A DNA stretch of 60,962 nt, from positions 1 to 60,962 of the IMG/VR virus record IMGVR_UViG_3300023184_000132; one strand, given 5' to 3'. The translations under genes and the position numbers were made by a program. Each line of letters opens with the position of its first letter. The stretch's first letter is position 1. Origin of the DNA: a virus. Lineage: Duplodnaviria; Caudoviricetes. Shown here in pieces: positions 48,403-56,800 of the stretch. Under the pieces are notes generated by a model, which saw nothing but the letters and a program-made list of their open reading frames with translations, was not told the DNA's origin and did no database searches.

Positions 48403-49002
48403 GTCTTTTGTTAAGATTTCTGCAATAATTTTTTTCAGTTCGTCCCGACGAGATTCAAGATGCAAAAAGGGAGCGTATCTTAAAATGGGAATGCCTATTT
48501 CTTCCCAAATAGGATCTCCTGCCGTATTCCAACTTTTTGTAAACTGAAGAATATCGTCTAAAACCACAAAAGTTTCAGGACTTATTCTTTTCTCCATTAG
48601 ATATTTAAAAATAGGAGCATACGATCCGTCTACAGGAGTAAACATATTATTAAATTTATCAGGAGTTTCTTTACACAGTGTCCACAACTGATTAATTTCA
48701 GTCTTGATATGGTACTGAAGACTTTGGACGCGTCGGGTTCTAGTAGTGTGTGCCTCGGTTGCTTCTTCAGACAGCATATCACCAATCCATTTTTTATTTA
48801 CTAAAAACTGAGACAGTAAAAATTCCACTAATTCGTCACCTGAATACTTTTTTGATAACTTTTCAAAAAAGTACCGATCTTTTCTTCGTTCAAAAGTTTC
48901 AGGTAAAACTTTAACTTTGCCGAAACGGTGAAAATCAAACCCATTGTTTCTGAAATGAGCCTTCAGGGTAAGAAATGTTTGGTATACCTCAAAAGGTCTC
49001 AT
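48385..49002 (-). CDS. gp59: Helicase loader gp59
   Basis: FEVYQ..L.LK.HF....FDF..FG, F..RKDRYFFEKL, WIG, IS.ET..VLD.I, Y.PF; lies between gp33 and gp32. Confidence 0.92.
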   Translation of the reverse strand: MRPFEVYQTFLTLKAHFRNNGFDFHRFGKVKVLPETFERRKDRYFFEKLSKKYSGDELVEFLLSQFLVNKKWIGDMLSEEATEAHTTRTRRVQSLQYHIKTEINQLWTLCKETPDKFNNMFTPVDGSYAPIFKYLMEKRISPETFVVLDDILQFTKSWNTAGDPIWEEIGIPILRYAPFLHLESRRDELKKIIAEILTKDLHSTK

Positions 49003-49226
49003 TAGAAAAGTTTAGAACCTTTTTTCAAGATGTTTGCTCGTTGACCTTCTACTTTGATTCGTTCCTTTAGAGGTTTTGTTAGTAGTTTTGCTGCTGCTTC
49101 TGGCTCAATGCCGTGACGCTCACACAGATCAATAATGACTTCCATGTAAGTAGTGTCTTTTCTTGCAGTATACAATTCTTCTACTTGACGACAAAAATCT
49201 GCTTGCAAACTTAGTATTGATCCCAT
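49002..49226 (-). CDS. gp33: Late transcription coactivator gp33
   Basis: F...VE.......YMEVIIDLCE..GIEPE...KLL.KPLKERI..E....N.L. Confidence 0.9.
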   Translation of the reverse strand: MGSILSLQADFCRQVEELYTARKDTTYMEVIIDLCERHGIEPEAAAKLLTKPLKERIKVEGQRANILKKGSKLF

Positions 49227-49227
49227 T

Positions 49228-49434
49228 TTATTCTTCTTCTCTTGGTACACTTACTACATTTTTGCCACGAAGAATACCGTTAGAAAATTCCTCATCGTTA
49301 AGCACAAGAGTGTATTCTTGTTGCTGTATCATTATACGAATAACATGCTTTCCTGCACCAATTCTTTCTAAAACCGTTTGTTCAGATTCTGGTACAACTT
49401 CTTCTTTTTTAAATAGTCTGCTCAACCATTGCAT
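49228..49434 (-). CDS. Hypothetical protein
   Basis: AGGAG RBS before ATG 49434; fills the gap between the exonuclease and gp33. Confidence 0.6.
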   Translation of the reverse strand: MQWLSRLFKKEEVVPESEQTVLERIGAGKHVIRIMIQQQEYTLVLNDEEFSNGILRGKNVVSVPREEE

Positions 49435-50083
49435 TGATCTTCTCCTGTAGTTCTTTGAAATTATTATGCGACCAATAATTCTTGATAGAGTCACCTAGTT
49501 TTGTCTTATAGTCATCAGGATTCTTTTTGAATTCCTGAGTCGTACCGTCCTCTGCAGAAATCAGAATAACAACCTGTGGAACACGAACTCCTGTGCTTTC
49601 CAACCACATATACGAGTATGCAGCGGTTTGCTCAAAGTAGTTGGTAATCCAATCTGTTTTTCTGAAAGATTTTGCTGACTTAAAGTCGATTACAGAGAGA
49701 ACTCCCTCGTACTCTCCAATACAATCAAAACGACCTGCCATACGCAAACTGTCAGAACACAGTTGAGTTTCCTGTGCAATCACCTTGTTAATCTTGCTGA
49801 TGTTAGGAATCATCTGCTCAAACAAGGTCTGCGTTCTTGTGCAGGAACTTGTTGTGGGTTTGCCGTCAATATGATTCTCAATAAGTGTGTGCATATCTGT
49901 ACCTCTACGCATTGCGTCCTGACTAGATTTCATGTTTGCAGGGTCTGCACGCCATTTTGCCCAAAATTCTTTCTTTGCGAATCCTGTAATAGTGGTAACC
50001 GATGGATACCAATGACCGTTTGTTGGAGACTGGTAAAATCTGCCCATACCGTCTAGTTCTGCTGTTTTTAGTTTACTGTTCAT
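49409..50083 (-). CDS. PD-(D/E)XK exonuclease (RecB/Cas4-like) of T4-like phages
   Basis: YPSVTT, RGT.MH..IE, AGR.DCI.EY.G.LSVIDFK, YF.Q..AY. Confidence 0.9.
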   Translation of the reverse strand: MNSKLKTAELDGMGRFYQSPTNGHWYPSVTTITGFAKKEFWAKWRADPANMKSSQDAMRRGTDMHTLIENHIDGKPTTSSCTRTQTLFEQMIPNISKINKVIAQETQLCSDSLRMAGRFDCIGEYEGVLSVIDFKSAKSFRKTDWITNYFEQTAAYSYMWLESTGVRVPQVVILISAEDGTTQEFKKNPDDYKTKLGDSIKNYWSHNNFKELQEKINAMVEQTI

Positions 50084-50084
50084 T

Positions 50085-50336
50085 TTAATAGTCTCTCATT
50101 GTATTTCTAGGGTGTGCCTTTTTAATTTTAGATATAACATCTTTAAATCCATGATCTGGTCGTGTGATACCTAAACGAACAGCATCAATAATTTGAATAC
50201 TAGCATCCGATTTAACAACTTTTTTCTTACCACATTTGGGACACGGTTTCTTTGTTGGCTGATTTCGTTTTGCAATAGTATAGATATCATCCCAAAGATG
50301 TTTACACGCACTACATTGATATTCGTATAATGGCAT
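50085..50336 (-). CDS. FmdB-family zinc-ribbon protein
   Basis: MPLYEYQCSAC.H...CPKCG, followed by PD.GFKDV.S.IK.AHP. Confidence 0.85.
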   Translation of the reverse strand: MPLYEYQCSACKHLWDDIYTIAKRNQPTKKPCPKCGKKKVVKSDASIQIIDAVRLGITRPDHGFKDVISKIKKAHPRNTMRDY

Positions 50337-50341
50337 GTGGA

Positions 50342-50569
50342 TTAACGAGGTCTTGGGTTGCTGACCGCAGTCGGTTCTACATCTTTAGACTTGAACCAAC
50401 GCTGTATGTATGGATGGGTGTCTTCAATGTTCTCGGCATCGTGAATAGACACCAAATACTGAGGGCCGTAGTGTCTGTCCCACTCCACTCGAATTACCAT
50501 TCCCACCTTTTTAACACTACGAACCCATACCTTGGAACCTGGAGTTAGGTTTACTTTTGCTTCGTTCAT
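50342..50569 (-). CDS. Hypothetical small SH3/Tudor-like protein
   Basis: PGSKVWV....VGMV...YLV....WF...DV beta-barrel pattern; AGGAAG RBS. Confidence 0.6.
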   Translation of the reverse strand: MNEAKVNLTPGSKVWVRSVKKVGMVIRVEWDRHYGPQYLVSIHDAENIEDTHPYIQRWFKSKDVEPTAVSNPRPR

Positions 50570-50641
50570 TGTTCTTCCTAAAAATTAAAATACAAGTAGT
50601 GGCTAGCAACATGCTGTCCGACTTGCTTGTGATATATACAC

Positions 50642-50700
50642 ACTATAACCAACAAATGTATTTTGTCAAGTGTTGACAATAAATTTTATTGTGTTATTAT
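50642..50700. promoter_or_regulatory. Divergent sigma70-like promoters with back-to-back -35 boxes
   Basis: TTGTCAA-gtg-TTGACAA inverted repeat; + strand TTGACA-N16-TATTAT (with TG extension), - strand TTGACA-N16-TATAGT. Confidence 0.75.
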
Positions 50701-50706
50701 CCCACC

Positions 50707-51846
50707 ATGTCTAAAAATAAAAAAGCGTACTATTCAGGATCAGGCGACGAACCCACTTGGGATCATTTGACAACACTCTTGTCAGAAGACCCTAAAGTGT
50801 CCCTGCACTATATTAAAGCAAACAATTGGTATCACCATCAGTCCGACGAAGCAGACCATAAAAAGTGGGTTGTGGAGTGGATGGTTAAGAACAAGTATCC
50901 AACTGCAAATATAAATTCTGTTAAAAAGTTGGGAGATGTTAAAATACGACCTGATGCAGTGGACGGATTGCCTCTAGGTATGTCTGTGGGTCATGTAGCA
51001 AGAATGATTAACTTGGGTGCGCCTCTTGTTCCTGCACAGGTTGCAAATTTGAAAAAATGTGTTGCGTACCTTGTTACCAAAGGCAAAACCGTAAAGCAAC
51101 AAGCAACTGCTGTTCCTAAGGTGGGAGTTCGTGAACATGTAAGAGAACAGGTATGCGAACTTATAGAAAAACTTGAAGTAATGGTGGACTGTATTTTAAG
51201 TGAACAAAAATTTGAATGGAGTCCTGAAGAGTTTATTAAAACTCATCAGATAAAACCAATGCTGTCTACCTTTATTGCAGATTGGTTTACTCGACAACTG
51301 AACGAAGTTAATATCCTGTTAAGTGGAGAAGCAGACGATCAATTAAAGGAAGGGTACTCTATGTTTAAAAAGGGTACAATTAGACGATACCAAGAATGGC
51401 TTCAGTCTGTTGTTACTGCTTTTCGTGGAGTTAAAAAGGTAAAAACCTTTACTGTTCGCAAACCAAAACGCAGAACTTCTCCTATTGATCGTGTAACAAA
51501 AATGAAGTGGAAAAAGTCTGACACGGAACTTGGTATTGAATCTGTACATCCTTCTCGTATTGTTGGAGCAAGCAAAGTCGTATTGTTTGATACAAAGAAA
51601 CGAGATATTGTTTTGTTAGAAGCAGACTCTGCCGATGGATTAGATGTTCAAGGCACTACTATTAAAGGATTTGCGGTAGACAGCAAATCAAAAAAGGTTA
51701 GAAAACCAAAAGTATTCCTACAATCCATCAAGGGGGACATTGGCATTCGTGCGTTTAAAACCGCATTTGATGGGTTAAAGACAGAAGAAAAAACTGCAAT
51801 AGGTAGAACAAATTCAGAAATGGTCATCTTGACTGTGTATAAATAG
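50707..51846 (+). CDS. Conserved hypothetical protein of T4-like phages
   Basis: Long basic ORF with NWY, DQLKEGYS, S.HP..I.GA....LF.TK.R, V.GTTI.GF, K..RKP, GR.N...VIL motifs; ATG at 50707. Confidence 0.7.
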   Translation: MSKNKKAYYSGSGDEPTWDHLTTLLSEDPKVSLHYIKANNWYHHQSDEADHKKWVVEWMVKNKYPTANINSVKKLGDVKIRPDAVDGLPLGMSVGHVARMINLGAPLVPAQVANLKKCVAYLVTKGKTVKQQATAVPKVGVREHVREQVCELIEKLEVMVDCILSEQKFEWSPEEFIKTHQIKPMLSTFIADWFTRQLNEVNILLSGEADDQLKEGYSMFKKGTIRRYQEWLQSVVTAFRGVKKVKTFTVRKPKRRTSPIDRVTKMKWKKSDTELGIESVHPSRIVGASKVVLFDTKKRDIVLLEADSADGLDVQGTTIKGFAVDSKSKKVRKPKVFLQSIKGDIGIRAFKTAFDGLKTEEKTAIGRTNSEMVILTVYK

Positions 51847-51899
51847 AATTAGTATGCTACATACTATATAATTATGAAACCGCTAACGGGAGCAATACA

Positions 51900-52331
51900 A
51901 TGAAACTTATGGTAGGTGAAATTTTAGATTTAGTTGCTGCAGCAGATACCGAAGATAAAAAAATCAATATTCTTCGTGCAAATTATTCTCCTGCAATGGA
52001 AGATGTGTTGCGATGGGCTCACGATCCCACAATTATTTTTTTCACAGATAAAATTCCTCCGTACACTCCTGATCAAGCCCCTGAAGGGTTGACTATGACA
52101 ACTTTGTATTCTGAGCACAAACGATTTTATATGTTTGCACGAGATGCTCATATTGACGATTCCCGAAAAAATGTATTGCTGATTCAGATGCTAGAAGCAC
52201 TTGGAAACAAAGAAGCATCGGTTTTGGAACAAGTAATCAAGAAAAACTTATTGGTTGTTTCTAAGAATTTGGCAGAAAAAGCATACCCTGGTATGTTCCT
52301 AAAGCCAGTTCGTGTTCCTGTTGGTTCTTAA
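51900..52331 (+). CDS. Conserved T4-like hypothetical protein (DUF6433-like)
   Basis: EIL..V.......KI.ILR, W..DP.I, PPY.P..AP.G, L..E..R.Y.F, IQMLE.L...EA; GGAG RBS; TATAAATA at 51838-51845. Confidence 0.7.
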   Translation: MKLMVGEILDLVAAADTEDKKINILRANYSPAMEDVLRWAHDPTIIFFTDKIPPYTPDQAPEGLTMTTLYSEHKRFYMFARDAHIDDSRKNVLLIQMLEALGNKEASVLEQVIKKNLLVVSKNLAEKAYPGMFLKPVRVPVGS

Positions 52332-52344
52332 AGGACTGTTTGGG

Positions 52345-52524
52345 ATGAGTAAAAAAGATAATTACTATACTGATTGGGAAGACAAGCATTCCCGAAAAAA
52401 TAAAAAATCAGAAAATAGAAAAAATCGTAAACGAGTTAATTCAAAAGAATTGATGGAACGGTTTACTCGTGATGATTTTCACGACGATTTATACAAAGAA
52501 AACGAAAAATTTCATAATCATTGA
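52345..52524 (+). CDS. Small basic hypothetical protein
   Basis: AAGGA upstream of ATG 52345; fills the operon gap. Confidence 0.5.
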   Translation: MSKKDNYYTDWEDKHSRKNKKSENRKNRKRVNSKELMERFTRDDFHDDLYKENEKFHNH

Positions 52525-52535
52525 TTTGTTTCTGA

Positions 52536-52542
52536 CTAAATA
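52536..52542 (+). promoter_or_regulatory. Late promoter variant CTAAATA upstream of the glycosyltransferase
   Basis: Intergenic GACTAAATA; the same 9-mer precedes the next gene (53764-53772). Confidence 0.65.
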
Positions 52543-52576
52543 CTAGCGATCCGCCAATTACAATATGGAGAATACA

Positions 52577-53737
52577 ATGGCAAATAGTGATACAGTTGCT
52601 ACTAAAAAAGTTACTTTGGTCATGATTGTTAAAGATGAATCTAGAGTTATTGAGCGTTGCTTGGCATCTGTGTTGCCAGTAATTGATTCTTGGGTCATTG
52701 TAGACACAGGTTCTACTGACGATACAAAAGAAAAGATCAAAAAGTTTTTTGACAATGTAGGAATTCCTGGCGAACTGCACGAAAGTAAATGGGTAAATTT
52801 CGGAACGAATAGAACCGAAGCATTGGAACTTGCCTATAAAACTGATGCAGATTATTGCCTTATGATTGATTCCGACGAAGTTCTTGTGTTTGACACAGGT
52901 TTTGATCCTGACGCATTCAAGCAAAACTTAACTGCCGATCTTTACAATGTGTTTGCGTTTTACGGCAACACTCGGTATCACCGACCACAACTAACATCAA
53001 ACAAAAAGAAGTTTTATTATCGTGGCGTTTTGCACGAGTATGTGGATTGTCACGACACGGTAGAAACTCGTGATTTTGCTAAGGGTTTTACAAATACTCC
53101 TATTCAAGACGGTGCTCGTTCGCAGAATCCTAAAAAATATGCAGACGATGCTGATGCGTTTGAAGAAGCACTCAAGGGAGAAGTTGATCCAAAAGACTTT
53201 AACCGTTACCATTTCTATATGGCACAGTCTTATCGAGATTCTCAGCAATGGGAAAAGTCTCTTGAAGCCTACACCAAACGAGCACAACTTGGTGGATGGA
53301 ACGAAGAGGTGTTCTACAGTCTTTTTCAAGTTGGTCGAATCCGAGAAATTTTAAAGCACAGTATTGATGATATTGTTGCTGCGTACTTTCAAGCATTTCA
53401 AGCAGCTCCGTGGCGTGCTGAGAGTCTTTGGGGTGCTGCTAGAATTTGTCGCTTGTCTGGTCGGTTTGACCAAGCATATCGTTTCTCCAAGCAAGCAATG
53501 AAAATTAAATATCCAGAAGGTGCTTTGTTTGTGGCACAACCTGTGTACGATTGGATGATTTTAGACGAGTTTTCCATTGCTGCATATTGGACAGAAAACT
53601 TCCGAGAGGCTCGTGCTGCGTCCATGAAGTTGCTGCAGGACGGAAAATGCCCACCAGATCAAAAGGAAAGAATTGAAGCAAATCTTAAATTTGCTACCGA
53701 AGGGGTAGTAAATCAAAGCGAAGTCGTTCTGAGTTGA
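52577..53737 (+). CDS. GT2-family glycosyltransferase with C-terminal TPR repeats
   Basis: LVMIVKDE...IERCL.S, IVDTGSTDDT, F..NR..AL, DxD motif IDSDE, YRGVLHE; TPR-like helices RYHFYMAQSYRD / EEVFYSL / PWRAESL; GGAG RBS. Confidence 0.92.
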   Translation: MANSDTVATKKVTLVMIVKDESRVIERCLASVLPVIDSWVIVDTGSTDDTKEKIKKFFDNVGIPGELHESKWVNFGTNRTEALELAYKTDADYCLMIDSDEVLVFDTGFDPDAFKQNLTADLYNVFAFYGNTRYHRPQLTSNKKKFYYRGVLHEYVDCHDTVETRDFAKGFTNTPIQDGARSQNPKKYADDADAFEEALKGEVDPKDFNRYHFYMAQSYRDSQQWEKSLEAYTKRAQLGGWNEEVFYSLFQVGRIREILKHSIDDIVAAYFQAFQAAPWRAESLWGAARICRLSGRFDQAYRFSKQAMKIKYPEGALFVAQPVYDWMILDEFSIAAYWTENFREARAASMKLLQDGKCPPDQKERIEANLKFATEGVVNQSEVVLS

Positions 53738-53765
53738 TTCTTATACTATCTGATTGTTTGGCGGA

Positions 53766-53772
53766 CTAAATA
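53766..53772 (+). promoter_or_regulatory. Late promoter variant CTAAATA upstream of the fibre gene
   Basis: Intergenic, followed by AAGGA RBS and ATG 53804. Confidence 0.65.
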
Positions 53773-53803
53773 GTATCACAGGCCCGCAACAAAGGATGGT
53801 ATA

Positions 53804-56800
53804 ATGGCAAATTTTAGATCTAATCGCTTTGGTAGTGTTTATATTCAACCGACCCCTAACGAAGTGGGTCTCAAAGATATTTTTTCACAACCAGGACATT
53901 CGTTTCAGCCCGGCGCTGCTGTATATTTTGAAACCAATGGAAGTTTGCAGCCTGCAATTGCCACTTCTTTATCAAAATCTAGTGTGATTGGTCTTGTTGA
54001 GTCTGTAAACGGAGACAATGTTACAGTAGTATATCAGGGAGAAATTGAATTTGCCGCAGGTGCAACCTCTTCTCTTGTTAATTTTCCCCTACTAACTGGA
54101 AACACTTACTATCTGTCTGCTTCTATTACGGGTGGAATTACCGCAGGGTATTCCACAGATCTGTCTGCAATTATCAAACCTTTGATGATTCCTTCAGGTG
54201 GGTACAAAGGCGTTGTTATAAATTCCTTACCCCTGTCTTCTACTCCTTTTATAACTTTATTTACTCCTGTAGGCAGTCTTGTTCCGTATGTTGGAGCAGG
54301 ATCAAACTTGCCAGGAGGTTGGTTACTGTGTGTTGGTGATGCTTTAAAGAAAACTTCTTCAAATCCTCCGTATGCTGATCTGTACGGCATTATTGGAGAA
54401 AAATACGGAGTCTATGGAATCACCAAAACTTCAACTACTGGATTAACTGCATTCACACAATTTGACAGTTCAGTAGACAGTCCTCCAACAGAAGGGCCAG
54501 GATCTACAAAGAATCACTATATTGAACCTAATGATATTTTTAAAATGGTTTGGGGATCAAACCAATCTGTGGTTCAAGCGTATTCTGCCACAGGAACAAC
54601 AAATAATGTTACTTTTAAGTTTTTATCTGCTATTACAGGAAGCACTTCGTTTAATTCTTTAGGAGTTGGAACTGAATTTGTACTAAAGTCTCTTGTTGCA
54701 GGAGAAGCAGCTGGTTACACCTCAGGAAAATTCTTTATTCCTGATCTTCGTGGTCGTATGGCAATAGGTGCAGGAACTGGACGAGGATTGTCTACTAGAA
54801 CCTTAGGTGATTTCGGTGGAGAAGAATCTCATGTATTGTCTGTGTCGGAAATTCCTTCACATTCACACACTATACCAATTCTTAATTCTTTAGGAATTTC
54901 TGGTAGTGCTTCCTATATGCTTAATGGATCAACTGGCGGAACTCTTCAAGCAACACTATCCTCCTATCCTCAAACTGTACTTCCTGTTACAAGTGTAACA
55001 GGTGGTGCAAATGCACACCAAAATATGTCTCCATTCATGGCAACAAATTGGCTTATTCGTTACCGAAACAATACAGGTATGGCAGGTATTGAAACCGGCC
55101 CTCGTGGAGCGCAAGGAACTACAGGATCTACTGGTGCTCGTGGTACTACAGGCGCAACAGGAGTTCGTGGAGCAACTGGCTACGCATTGGGTGCGTTGCA
55201 CTACTCTTACAGCAGTGTAATCAATCCTTCTCCTGGTTATTTTACTAGATATACCACCACTGCAACCAACCCTGACGGAAGTCTTTCTTTTTCTGACAAT
55301 ATGGTGCTGAGTGCAGAAGAGTATTACGGAACCGGCGTAGGAGCCTATATTTCTGCGTCCATGAGCAATACAAACTCTCAAAGAAATTGTCTTGCTATAG
55401 TAAGATCTTTGAAAAATCCTAGCAATTACGCAAGAGTGTACTCTTTGCAATCTCCGTATACTGTGGTTAATGTTACAGGGCCTTCTGTTATACCCACAAC
55501 AGGAACTGATACACAAGCACCACAAGCATTGTTTGTTGCAGGAAATACCTTGACATATTACCGATTACCTATAAATGAAGTTCTTGCAACTCAAGGCACA
55601 GAGATTGAAGGAGAAATGTATTCGGTTATTCTTATTCCTAGTGCAAACGATGGAGTAAAGGGTGCTACAGGTGCTACTGGTGCAAAGGGTGCAACAGGAA
55701 CTAACGGAGTAAGTATTGGTGCACTTACTTATTACTATGGTGCTGATTTTGGTCTTGATCGTACAAGTAACGATGGGTTTTTAGAGGCATGGAACGGCTT
55801 TTGGAATTTTTCTTCTAAAGACTACTATGGAGTAGACACATCAGGAGTATTGTCTACTATAGGCAGTGAAAATGTAACCTTGGATGCCGCTGGAAATCAG
55901 GTAGCAAAACAAGATAAAGCAGTTCAGATGACTGTTAGAAGTGTTTCTGACAATTCGTATATTGGACAATTTTATCTTGACGGAACATATAGTACCACCG
56001 CGTTAGGCTCAGGAGTTACTGCATACGCAATGACATCTCCTTTTAGTCTAGGATCAATTCCAGAGGGTTCTGCAGGCGGATTGGTGTCTGGACAGTTGTA
56101 TTCGGTACACCTGACTCCACTTTCAATTCCTCCTTCTGGTTTTGTGGAAAAAACCAGTATTAAAACTGTTTACATAACTGCAGACGGTGGTGAAGTTCCT
56201 GAACTGTATATTGATACTGACGGTGCTGTAGTGGCAGATCGAGGTTCAACAGTTAATAAAACTCAACCTTATGGAGTGTCTACCAACAGCGACCTTCCAA
56301 CATCATCAGCATATCTGTTCTCTTCTATGCAAGGAACTTACAACAAAGAATTCCCTAATGAAACTGACCCTGTACACCCACTGGCAACTATTAAGAGTAA
56401 TTTTATCTATTCTATGCAATTGACTTCTCAACCTTGCGGAGGTAATTGTCAGGGAGCAAGTGGATACATTGACTTGTGTTCTGTGGTTCGAGATGTGAAT
56501 ATGAGTAATTATTTTACTCCTCCCACCGAAACAAACATTGGTCTTGTAAAAAATGGTGCAAACACGGTATTTCAGTCAGATGTTTCTCATGTAGTAGACG
56601 GATGTAGTGTTAATGTATTTGGTTACACAGGTTCTTATTTTACAAAAATCCCTGTTGGCATTTCTGCAAATTATTTAAACAATTCTTTGGGTAACACAGG
56701 AAGAAACACTCTTGCTATTGATGTTTACATGAATGTAAATAATATTGTGGTAGGCAACTATATCGGTATTCGTCCAGAGTATTTCACTCTTGCCTTGACA

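Noticed and set aside
49409-50083. Cas4/CRISPR adaptation gene
   Set aside because: It lacks the four-Cys Fe-S cluster pattern and occupies the usual position of the T4-like exonuclease near gp33; no array is present.
50570-50640. tRNA or structured ncRNA in the larger intergenic gaps (also 41417-41520)
   Set aside because: No cloverleaf, T-loop consensus or strong stems are visible; the gaps are explained by promoters and leaders.
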